Assembly: GCA_038130705.1 (NCBI GenBank)
Contig: JAYPOA010000006.1
Span: 1 to 38,960 of the forward strand
Length of the DNA: 38,960 nucleotides
Source: Methanobacteriota archaeon
Lineage (GTDB): Archaea > Thermoplasmatota > Poseidoniia > Poseidoniales > Poseidoniaceae
Reading direction: 5' to 3'
Both the position numbers and the translations under genes were made by a program. Below the pieces are notes generated by a model. The model was not told the DNA's origin. It made no database searches and worked only from the letters and a program-made list of their open reading frames with translations. This document shows positions 1 through 8,063 of this stretch, piece by piece (position 1 is the stretch's first letter; each line of letters starts with the position of its first letter).

Positions 1-60
1 CCGTGGGAAGACCCATCGGATTAGCAATCCGACGCAATGGCCAGGCTATGCGATCACCGC
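1..60 (-). tRNA. tRNA-Ser(GCT), 3' part (T arm and acceptor 3' strand) cut by window edge
   Basis: Reverse complement reads GCGGTGA-TC-GCAT-AGCCTGGCCA-TTGC-G-TCGGA-TTGCTAA-TCCGA-TGGG-TCTT-CCCA-CGG. It has a perfect 5-bp anticodon stem with GCT, a D-loop TGG, and the long variable arm hairpin typical of Ser tRNAs. Confidence 0.92.
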
Positions 61-83
61 AACGGTCTCGGCACAAACGACCT

Positions 84-96
84 TGAATTAAATTAG
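84..96 (-). promoter_or_regulatory. Probable archaeal TATA box of the tRNA-Ser gene
   Basis: Minus strand CTAATTTAATTCA, an AT-rich box about 25-35 nt upstream of the mature tRNA 5' end at position 60. Confidence 0.45.
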
Positions 97-102
97 ACGG
101 TC

Positions 103-3066
103 TCAACTAAAGAAGTCGTCAAATTCATTATCGTCTATATTTTGCTTGGATCCTCGCTTTTCTAAGACTCTCTTGAGTCGTTTCCTTTTCTTTATAATCA
201 ATGGCAAACCTATGAAATTAATCATAATGGAGAAAATCATGATTATGCCTGATATTTGGAAATTAGTTTGTTGCATATCATCTACTAAGACTCCTAACCA
301 GTCCACTCCGTATGGAGGTTCTGGGGGAGGTGGTGGAATAGGAATTCTATCTTGATTGAAATCCCAATATTGGTCATCAACATAGACTCTTTCTACATTC
401 GGAGATGGATAGTCAATGAACGTTAATTCGTTACCAACGTAATCCAAAGGTGTCAAGATGTAGTAGTATGTTCGATATGGCTTTATTCCGTCAAAATCAG
501 TGCCGTTCTGAACATACATTCCACTTTCTCCAGGGTTATTCTTCAATCCTGTTTCTATCGGTTCAATATATCGAAGGTCAACTTCATCTGGACGGAATTC
601 CACTCTGTAGAGGTTCCAGCTAATGTTACCATCAGGTTCATGATTTGGCCAATCCCAAGTAAGTGTCAGCACATAACATCGACTCCAATCTATGAACATA
701 TCATAACAATCAGTACTATTGGTATAAACTATGCTGGATTTGAAATTAGAGACTTCAGAATTCGGGTCAATTGAGTCTCCACAAGTCAGTCCAGGGACGC
801 CGTTGACTTTGGAAACCTGTGCTTCTGTATACTTTGCCTCTCCTGCTCTGTCAGTTGGTATTACTGCATATGATGCACATGTGCCTATTTCCAATCTTCT
901 TTCATCATGCCAAGAGTTGTAGGTCCCTGGTAGTGAGGTAGACAGAGTATCTGCCATCAATCCACTCCAAACGAATTCACTTGAAACTTCATTGGGATCT
1001 GGGAAGTAAGAAGAAGCAGTAATTGGAGATGCGATTCTGAAAATTTTCCATCCTCCGAAGTACGGGTTTTCCAAGTCGCCGGTTGGTTCCCACTCAACTA
1101 ACATTTCACCATCAGGTTTCTTGGTGAGTGTGACATTTCCAGCATCCACTTCTGGCGTTGGCAAAATTCCGACAATTAAAATATCCATATTTTGAGTTAG
1201 GTGTACGTTTAGAGTATCATTATCGATTAATTCGAAAGAATCATCGCCGAAGAACTGGCCCCAACTCGTTGATTCAAAGTTTTCTAATTGATATACTGCA
1301 ATCGAATCACGCGGTATGGTATCAGGGATGATATTGGTTAGATTCAAATCGAAATCCATCCAATCCATACCGGCATCTAATTCACCTCCAGTTGGAACTA
1401 CATCAATAGATAATCTCAATAATGGAGATAGTTCATTTCCGACTCGGTAATTTAGACCAGCAATAGGGTAGTCAAGATTAACCACGCTTTCTGCATGTGT
1501 TCGTGTTACGGCAGTACCGTTTAGCCAGTCGCCTTCTATGACACTAGTACTGTTGAAAATCGTGAAGTTCGCATATGCATATTCTGTTATAGAGTATGGA
1601 ATCATTGAATCCCTGGCAGTTAATTGGAAATAGTGGTCCCCCAAACCGATATCTGCAGCATTGACTTCAATTTCGGAGCCTTCGATTGGGTCCATGAGTC
1701 CGTATAGGCTCCATGAATATGTGACGGGTTGAGCTGCGTTACCCATCACTCTGGCGCTAAATGTAATCGTATCAGCGGTTTTGTAGATTCCATTTTCGTT
1801 ACTTTGGTCGATAATTGGATTCATTGCACCGCGCTCGACAAGTACATTTTGGTCAATCATGTTGTCTGATGGTTTGGCATCGACGCCCTCGTTGAGATTT
1901 TGGTCTATGTAAACCTTGAATTTCTTATCGCCCAGTTTCTTTATGTCAAAGTAACATTCTACTTCATCTCCTGTTGCAATTACCTCCGGCGTGCAAGTTT
2001 CATCATACTCCGTAACGTCAAAAGCATCTAAGATTAGGAACCTTACACTTGGATTTTCAACTGTCATGTTGCCGTTGTTTGAAATCTTTACGAGAAGACT
2101 ATCGTTCCCGAAGAAGTATGTTGGGTCTGATTCGTTGATGGTAAAGGCAGGTTCCATTGAGGTTATTTCTATGTCGACAGTATTGTCGAATACAACTTCA
2201 ATTGATTGTATATTGTTATATGAATTCATGTCGCCATTAGGTGTCCCACTTGATGAAAGTAAACCAAAGTACATGGTGTAACGGCCTTCTTCAGTATAAT
2301 TTAGAGGTGGTAAATTTCGAGTGAATGATGCATCTGACCATGAGGGTAGGTCTGTGTAGTTTTGCACTGAACTGGCCACTTCAATTCCGTTATCATCGAC
2401 TAAATTCCAACCTAATCCTGCGACTAAACCACAACTTCCACAAGAGGTGACATCTCCACTAACTGTCATTTGATAACTAGTGTTTGTGTTCATGACGGGC
2501 TCCCCATCATACATTGCTACATCTGTAAGTTGCGAAGTTAGATCTTGTGAATCAAATCGTATATCGACTAAACTACGAGTGAAATTTATTGTAAATGATT
2601 TTGCATCATTTGTTGCATTATTGTCCTCATCCACGAACCGATAAACTAGAGTAAAAGCACCTTCTTCCCCATTGGGGTTGAATCCTTGAGTAAATGTGAA
2701 TACGGTAGTTTGCCCAATTGGGATTGATTCTATATCACCTTGCCCTCTGTCTTCCTTGTCCAAGAAACAGGAGTTGACATCCTGAATTCCTTCGCAAATA
2801 AACCATTCAATCGTTCTAAGGTTTACATTGTAGAAAAACCCTGGATTTGAGACCTGCACAGTTAGAGTTATCGGGTCCCACGAGGTCATGTAATCGTCAG
2901 GTCTCGGGGATATGGAGGTTGTAATTTCATAGTCCCCACTGACTGTTGCAGCGGCGCTCGGGGTGAACGTGATGCCCGTGAAAAGTGACAAAATCAATAC
3001 TGCTACCAAACTCAGACTTTTTCTTGTCGAATCGGTTTCAGTGACAGCATACGCCCTGGACATCAT
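103..3066 (-). CDS. Large secreted, C-terminally membrane-anchored surface protein with CARDB/Ig-like, PKD-like and FN3-like modules
   Basis: N-terminal signal peptide (RKSLSLVAVLILSLF...SAAA). Repeated D-x-N-x-x-N-[ND]-like module ends (DNNATND, DMNSYNN, DAKPSDN) typical of CARDB-like domains. PVTYSWSL is PKD-like; VEWEP..GWKIFR, LTWDWP..WNLYR and YYYILTPLDYVGNE are FN3-like. Pro-rich linker PIPPPPPEPP, a TM helix and a KKRKR stop-transfer follow. Start placed at ATG 3066 (or 3063) rather than TTG 3090. Confidence 0.8.
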   Translation of the reverse strand: MMSRAYAVTETDSTRKSLSLVAVLILSLFTGITFTPSAAATVSGDYEITTSISPRPDDYMTSWDPITLTVQVSNPGFFYNVNLRTIEWFICEGIQDVNSCFLDKEDRGQGDIESIPIGQTTVFTFTQGFNPNGEEGAFTLVYRFVDEDNNATNDAKSFTINFTRSLVDIRFDSQDLTSQLTDVAMYDGEPVMNTNTSYQMTVSGDVTSCGSCGLVAGLGWNLVDDNGIEVASSVQNYTDLPSWSDASFTRNLPPLNYTEEGRYTMYFGLLSSSGTPNGDMNSYNNIQSIEVVFDNTVDIEITSMEPAFTINESDPTYFFGNDSLLVKISNNGNMTVENPSVRFLILDAFDVTEYDETCTPEVIATGDEVECYFDIKKLGDKKFKVYIDQNLNEGVDAKPSDNMIDQNVLVERGAMNPIIDQSNENGIYKTADTITFSARVMGNAAQPVTYSWSLYGLMDPIEGSEIEVNAADIGLGDHYFQLTARDSMIPYSITEYAYANFTIFNSTSVIEGDWLNGTAVTRTHAESVVNLDYPIAGLNYRVGNELSPLLRLSIDVVPTGGELDAGMDWMDFDLNLTNIIPDTIPRDSIAVYQLENFESTSWGQFFGDDSFELIDNDTLNVHLTQNMDILIVGILPTPEVDAGNVTLTKKPDGEMLVEWEPTGDLENPYFGGWKIFRIASPITASSYFPDPNEVSSEFVWSGLMADTLSTSLPGTYNSWHDERRLEIGTCASYAVIPTDRAGEAKYTEAQVSKVNGVPGLTCGDSIDPNSEVSNFKSSIVYTNSTDCYDMFIDWSRCYVLTLTWDWPNHEPDGNISWNLYRVEFRPDEVDLRYIEPIETGLKNNPGESGMYVQNGTDFDGIKPYRTYYYILTPLDYVGNELTFIDYPSPNVERVYVDDQYWDFNQDRIPIPPPPPEPPYGVDWLGVLVDDMQQTNFQISGIIMIFSIMINFIGLPLIIKKRKRLKRVLEKRGSKQNIDDNEFDDFFS

Positions 3067-3184
3067 GTAGTCGTAACGCTCGCCCCTCAAATATCAATCG
3101 GTGTATGATGCCCTAAATCTGTCATTTTGATACCTGCATCGAGAAACAGGCGACCCTCTTGAAACGGCTCGTATTCGGAGGTTC

Positions 3185-4261
3185 ATGCAGGAAGGTGCTT
3201 TGATTAGTCGTCAAGCGCCTGAAAATGAAGGCGTTGTAGCAGTTGTTGAGTTTTTGAGTGCTTTTACTCTGTTTTTGATGATTTTAACAGCATTCATGTC
3301 TCTTGCTCAACTCGAATTAGGCAGTAACGACCCGTATACAGACCTAATCGACAGATCCGCAATAGATGGATTAGACAGATTAACAAGCGCAGAGGGCTAT
3401 TTTGTTCCTTACATTGATGGCGTTAGGGACCAAAATAATGCCACGAAAGACTGGCATCTTGTTCCTGTGCTTGATCTGTATGAAGGTCTACTTCAACCAG
3501 GTATTGTCAATAACGGAACACTTGATTTCAATAGGATAAATGCTCTGCCTAATGTTAGTATTGAGGCCATGGCGAATGGTCTTGGTTTAGCAAAGGGGTT
3601 GCAGTTACGCCTTCAGATAGTTATTGAATCCTCTTCAAATTCATCTAAAATCGGAGAGGTACTTTTCTCCGGAGGCTCCGATCGGTCAACATCCGACACA
3701 TCTTCCGTAGCTAACAGAAAATTCATCAATGGAGAAGATATCATTTCTGTAAGTCTCGAAGTCCATGATGGAGCATCTACACCTAAGTTGTTGAGAATTA
3801 CAGAATTCTCTCCTCGTCCAACTAATGGTGGCCCTGAATGGATTGAAATTCAAAATCAGAATGGATTTGCCCTGTCCATGAAGGGTTGGTCCTTTGAAAG
3901 GAGCGGAACTTCTGGCACTACTGACTATCTCTACAAAGAGGGTGTTATCCCTGGTGGCCAAATCGGGTTATTCACTGGAGACCCTAATTCGCAGATAACA
4001 GGAAATGCATCTGTTGTTTATGATTTGGGAACAACAGGTTTCCTTGGCGTTGGCTCAATCAATGGGCTAGATGATTCAAGCGGTAGGCTTCGGTTACTAT
4101 TTGCTGAAGAGGATGAAGGAGTGGGCACAATAGTTTCCCAGATGCAGTGGAATCCAAGCACGGGTATACTTGCGAACAGTACAGTAGTTTGGAATGGGGG
4201 GCCCCCTTCATCACCATCATCATGGTTTGTTTCAACATCTCCTACCCCGGGCGAAGTCTGA
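3185..4261 (+). CDS. Pilin-like (class III signal peptide-like) protein with C-terminal lamin-tail domain
   Basis: ENEG/VVAVVEF followed by a hydrophobic helix resembles archaeal prepilin N-termini. The C-terminal LRITEFSPRP...PEWIEIQN...SMKGWSF...TPG matches the lamin-tail-domain consensus (I-x-E...EWIEL-x-N...L-x-GW...TPG). Confidence 0.7.
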   Translation: MQEGALISRQAPENEGVVAVVEFLSAFTLFLMILTAFMSLAQLELGSNDPYTDLIDRSAIDGLDRLTSAEGYFVPYIDGVRDQNNATKDWHLVPVLDLYEGLLQPGIVNNGTLDFNRINALPNVSIEAMANGLGLAKGLQLRLQIVIESSSNSSKIGEVLFSGGSDRSTSDTSSVANRKFINGEDIISVSLEVHDGASTPKLLRITEFSPRPTNGGPEWIEIQNQNGFALSMKGWSFERSGTSGTTDYLYKEGVIPGGQIGLFTGDPNSQITGNASVVYDLGTTGFLGVGSINGLDDSSGRLRLLFAEEDEGVGTIVSQMQWNPSTGILANSTVVWNGGPPSSPSSWFVSTSPTPGEV

Positions 4262-4313
4262 GTAATTTGGCGTATCGTTCATTTAGTGTGATGTATTCGG
4301 TTGTCTGTTCCCC

Positions 4314-5096
4314 ATGCAACCATCAGCAGTTTACAGCCGAGACCGGTGCATCACTGGTATCCATGGAATGGATGAAATCCTTAGAGGTGGAATCCCTTAT
4401 GGGTCAACAGTTTTAGCTGCTGGCACATGTGGTTCAGGAAAGACCACAATGGGAATGGAATTTTTGGTTAGAGGTGCGCTAGCAGGAGAAGCTTGTGCGC
4501 ACTTTACAGCTACAGAGCCAAGTGTGAAGTTGTTGGAGAACATCAGGCAATATGCGTTTTTCGATATGAACATGATCGACTCAGGTTTGATCAACGTTTT
4601 TGATATGGATGTATTGTATTCATGGTTAGGCTTGGACAAAGCATCGTTCGATTTGGATGACGTTCACGCTTTAATTAAAGCAATTGTAGATATTGTCAAT
4701 ACAATAGGTGTAACAAGACTGGTTATAGATTCGGTTACAACTCTCTGTTACAAAATCAAAAGTGAGCAGTTGATTCGAGACTTTTTGTTTACTCTGGGTA
4801 AAAAACTCGCAACATTAGGTTGCACGACTATCTTAATTTCAGAAATAACTTCTGCGACTGAGAATGCTCACTGGTCATCCTTCGGTGTTGAAGAAGCGAT
4901 TGCAGACGGCATTATCGTGATGGGAGATGTTGAAAGAATGGGGCACTTGCTGAGGTTTTTACAAGTGGTCAAAATGCGAGGTACATCACACAGCCGTGCT
5001 AAACATTGTATTGAGCTAACTCCGCTTGGGGTTATGTTGACTCCAATGCTAAAATGGGGTGCTGTTAGCGATAAAACAAGTAGGTGGGGGCAGTAA
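4314..5096 (+). CDS. KaiC/RAD55-family RecA-superfamily ATPase (single domain, intact Walker A)
   Basis: TGIHGMDEILRGGIP, Walker A AGTCGSGKTT, Walker B RLVIDS, EEAIADGII and the VVKMRG arginine-finger motif. Confidence 0.9.
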   Translation: MQPSAVYSRDRCITGIHGMDEILRGGIPYGSTVLAAGTCGSGKTTMGMEFLVRGALAGEACAHFTATEPSVKLLENIRQYAFFDMNMIDSGLINVFDMDVLYSWLGLDKASFDLDDVHALIKAIVDIVNTIGVTRLVIDSVTTLCYKIKSEQLIRDFLFTLGKKLATLGCTTILISEITSATENAHWSSFGVEEAIADGIIVMGDVERMGHLLRFLQVVKMRGTSHSRAKHCIELTPLGVMLTPMLKWGAVSDKTSRWGQ

Positions 5097-5098
5097 TC

Positions 5099-5683
5099 AT
5101 GTTTGAATTAGACCAAAGGATTGCTGAACAACTTACAGAAGTGAGTCTTTCCTCATCAGTGCAGGTGAGATGTGGTACTACTAACGCCTTTATGGTGACA
5201 GCATCTACTGTAATTCCACTTATGCAAATGTTTGAGATGGGCGGAGTTTACATTTGTGCTACAAGAGGTGCGGTTGAAATTATTGATGCGTTTAATTCAA
5301 TTGGAGTTGACGTTTCAAATATCCAATTCATTGATTTAGTTTCTTCAGGAATACTTGGAGGAACTGATGTTGAATACAACAACATCACATTTGTAGACAG
5401 CCCCATTATGTTGGAAAGCGTACTCTTACGAACGCTTTACACCCTAAGGATTATTCCAACAGAGAGAAACTTTGTCTTGATTGATTCTGTAAATGCGTTA
5501 GCGATTTACAATGAAGAAAAGATGCTAGCAGAGTATCTTCACACTTTTATCAACACATTCAGGCAAAGAGAAGTATTGTCGGTAATTTTGAATGTACCTG
5601 ACCAGGTTCCCCCAACGGTTTTATCAAATTTAGACCTATATTGTACCGACTTAATCGACCGTGGACAGGTGGTTATTCACTAA
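5099..5683 (+). CDS. Degenerate RecA/KaiC-fold protein (DUF835-like inactive ATPase)
   Basis: Retains GVYI, IQFIDLVS and a Walker-B-like FVLIDSVNAL but has no GKT/S P-loop. ATG 5099 follows an AGGTGG ribosome-binding site and lies between two KaiC paralogs. Confidence 0.65.
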   Translation: MFELDQRIAEQLTEVSLSSSVQVRCGTTNAFMVTASTVIPLMQMFEMGGVYICATRGAVEIIDAFNSIGVDVSNIQFIDLVSSGILGGTDVEYNNITFVDSPIMLESVLLRTLYTLRIIPTERNFVLIDSVNALAIYNEEKMLAEYLHTFINTFRQREVLSVILNVPDQVPPTVLSNLDLYCTDLIDRGQVVIH

Positions 5684-5694
5684 GTGGTGATATT

Positions 5695-6498
5695 ATGGAT
5701 AAGCAGATTCAATTCAGTAAGGATGATGAAGAATTCTTCGGTTCTGTAGGAAGCTTTGGTGTTCCAAAGTTCGACAATGCCATGCACGGAGGTGTCCCAA
5801 GAGGATTCCTCGTTGTTGGATTCACCGACGTTGGTTCCGGTTCAGAATTGTTTGCCAAGCAATTTACATCACCTGCAGAGGAACCTGATAATACAATTCT
5901 GATTTCAACGAATGAAAGTCAGTTGGAAATTGCTCGTGTATTCAACAAATATAGATGGCCAACAGATATCGGCGTGAGAACTCTTGGTGAAGAATACAAT
6001 GCAAGGGTTCTAGAAAAGGAACTACTGGCCAGTCGATACAGATTGGAAGGATTCAAGCTCCCAGATATTCAGAGATTGGCCCAAACGAGATTTGTAGATG
6101 ATGACACTCAGGATTTCCTTACCGAGATGACCAATGAAATAATGGCTATGGGGCCATATTTCAGAGCTGTAATAGATTCTCTTGACTTTTTCATGCAAAG
6201 AGAAGATCCGAGCAGAGTTGTCGCAATGTTGAGAATGATGCAAGCACATACTCAAATCCATAGAGGAATCTTATTCATTACAGTTTCAAAGGACACAATC
6301 ACGCCTGCAATAAAGCAAGAAATGGCTGCAATTGCCGACATGGTATGTGACTTCAAAGTCAGAACAATCGGTTCGGATTTCGAAACATCGATGACGGTTA
6401 CAAAGTTTAGAAACGCACCTGAAAATCTGTCTATCATGGTATACAGAGTTACGCCAGAAGAAGGAATAACTCCAGAAACCGTGGAGCGTATTGCTTAG
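5695..6498 (+). CDS. KaiC/RAD55-family protein with degenerate Walker A
   Basis: FGVPKFDNAMHGGVPRG, P-loop DVGSGSE (Lys absent), AVIDSL and VTKFRN. ATG 5695 follows a GGTGA ribosome-binding site. Confidence 0.85.
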   Translation: MDKQIQFSKDDEEFFGSVGSFGVPKFDNAMHGGVPRGFLVVGFTDVGSGSELFAKQFTSPAEEPDNTILISTNESQLEIARVFNKYRWPTDIGVRTLGEEYNARVLEKELLASRYRLEGFKLPDIQRLAQTRFVDDDTQDFLTEMTNEIMAMGPYFRAVIDSLDFFMQREDPSRVVAMLRMMQAHTQIHRGILFITVSKDTITPAIKQEMAAIADMVCDFKVRTIGSDFETSMTVTKFRNAPENLSIMVYRVTPEEGITPETVERIA

Positions 6499-6563
6499 TG
6501 TTTCTGTATAGGTTGAAAAACTTTGAACATTGAGTTCAAATAAAAACACCATAAGCAACCCCT

Positions 6564-6848
6564 GTGTCAGAAGACGAAGCAGTCTTACAAGACTCGGTAG
6601 TTGGTGGAGATCTACATGTTGGAGATGTTCACAATAATATCCACACAACTAATGTTTCAAAATCAACAAATGTAGAGATGCCAGCGTTTGAAAATGTTGG
6701 TGAGGGAATAGTGAATATAACACAAACTGTTTTTGATTTTATCAAAGGTATCATTAACAGAGTATTGCTCTTTGCTACGGTTACAGTATTGGTTTGTGGG
6801 TTTTTGATTTACAATGGAAATATTGACGTGAATGAACTATTCAAGTGA
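6564..6848 (+). CDS. Small hypothetical protein with C-terminal transmembrane helix
   Basis: 94-aa ORF filling the gap, GTG start, hydrophobic VLLFATVTVLVCGFLIY, and an N-terminal DSVVGGDLHVGDVHNN segment. Confidence 0.65.
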   Translation: MSEDEAVLQDSVVGGDLHVGDVHNNIHTTNVSKSTNVEMPAFENVGEGIVNITQTVFDFIKGIINRVLLFATVTVLVCGFLIYNGNIDVNELFK

Positions 6849-6860
6849 AGATAATAAGTC

Positions 6861-7604
6861 TCAATCACTATTTTTTCTCGCCTTAAATCTGCTAGACATG
6901 CCAGGGAATAGCAATCTTGCTTTAACATCTGTAAATCCAATTTCTTTCATGATTTTCTTGTAATATGAATGTGTTCCATAGTGTGTGTAAGTGCGCGCTA
7001 ACCACTTCCATGGATGATTCGGATCTTTTGTTACAATCCGTGCAACCCACTGAACGAAGGTTGCCATGTAGATGCGCCCGAAGATACCGTGCAACCAGTT
7101 GGCTTTCCCCGCATCGCATATTACTAACTGACCTCCTGGCTTTAGAACTCTGTGAATTTCTTCTAATCCCTTTTTCTTGTCCTTAAAATCACGGAAAGAG
7201 AACAAGCAAAAAACTCTGTCAAAAGTGTTGTCAGGAAGCGGGATTTCTTCTGCGATTGCTTCTACATAAGCTGCTTTAGAGTCTCCATTTTGACTTCTTG
7301 CCGCATCTACTCTCTTTTTACAAACTTTCAACATTTCAGCACTCGGGTCAAGGCAAGTTAGTTCGGTATCTCTCAAATCTACGGCAAAAGAACCGGGGCC
7401 GCACCCAATTTCAAGAACATTCATCCCGGGTTTTGCATGACTTCGGACATGCTTTCTCATTCCTTTGTCAAATCCCAAAGTCATAATTTTATTCACTCTG
7501 TCATAAACTGGAATCGTTGCTTCAAGTTGCCTTTCAAGTTCTGTCCAAGCATCATCATCAATCCCTGAAGGGTCAAATCCGCCTGTGCTTGAACGGTCTG
7601 CCAT
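6861..7604 (-). CDS. UbiE/MenG-family class I SAM-dependent methyltransferase (probable quinone C-methyltransferase)
   Basis: YDRVNKIMTLG resembles the UbiE YD-x-x-N motif. SAM motif VLEIGCGPG, plus IPLPDNTFD and EIHRVLKPGG. The real start is likely ATG 7604, since the longer ORF overlaps atpH. Confidence 0.85.
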   Translation of the reverse strand: MADRSSTGGFDPSGIDDDAWTELERQLEATIPVYDRVNKIMTLGFDKGMRKHVRSHAKPGMNVLEIGCGPGSFAVDLRDTELTCLDPSAEMLKVCKKRVDAARSQNGDSKAAYVEAIAEEIPLPDNTFDRVFCLFSFRDFKDKKKGLEEIHRVLKPGGQLVICDAGKANWLHGIFGRIYMATFVQWVARIVTKDPNHPWKWLARTYTHYGTHSYYKKIMKEIGFTDVKARLLFPGMSSRFKARKNSD

Positions 7605-7736
7605 AATGGGGCGGTTAGTAATGTGGTTTTGACCATTTGGGGTAGAATTCCAATTGAATCGAATCCAATAAAGTAAAATTCCAACCAAGAGGGTTATGAA
7701 CCCGTTGTAGTTGGCAGGGACTACAGGGTGATTTTT

Positions 7737-8054
7737 ATGGGTATGTCCGATGTACTTCAACACATAAAAAATGCTGAAGAATCTGCAAAAGAAACCTTGG
7801 CTGATGCCAAAGAAAAAGCAACCAAGATTGTCGCAGATGCTCGCAAAGAAGCTTCTGAAATTTTGCAAAACGCTCAGGATGGAGCTGTTTCGTCAACTGT
7901 AGCAACCATCGATTCAGCAAAACAAGAGGCCGGAAAGGAAGCTGAAGGAGTCCAAGCAGAAGGCGCCAAAGCGGTTGAATCTATTCATTCATCCGCAGGT
8001 GACAAAAGAGATGCCGCTGTTCAAATAATCATAGATTCATTGATGTCAAACTGA
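7737..8054 (+). CDS. atpH: A-type ATP synthase subunit H (peripheral stalk)
   Basis: Ala/Glu/Lys-rich coiled coil (VLQHIKNAEESA...), first gene of the operon, GGTGA ribosome-binding site upstream. Confidence 0.85.
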   Translation: MGMSDVLQHIKNAEESAKETLADAKEKATKIVADARKEASEILQNAQDGAVSSTVATIDSAKQEAGKEAEGVQAEGAKAVESIHSSAGDKRDAAVQIIIDSLMSN

Positions 8055-8063
8055 GGTGATAAT

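Noticed and set aside
62-104. 8-bp direct repeat ACGGTCTC (62-69 and 97-104) flanking the tRNA TATA box
   Set aside because: Only two short copies, one overlapping a stop codon; this could easily be chance.
1-3066. Integrated element at the tRNA-Ser
   Set aside because: No integrase or att duplication is visible. The genes lie on the tRNA's 5' side, and the 3' end where integration usually occurs is outside the window.
4314-6498. Bona fide KaiABC circadian clock
   Set aside because: These are single-domain proteins without the ST phosphosites, and no kaiA or kaiB is in the window.
7605-7868. N-terminal extension of the methyltransferase in the ORF track
   Set aside because: It overlaps atpH on the opposite strand and covers the divergent promoter; ATG 7604 is the more plausible start.
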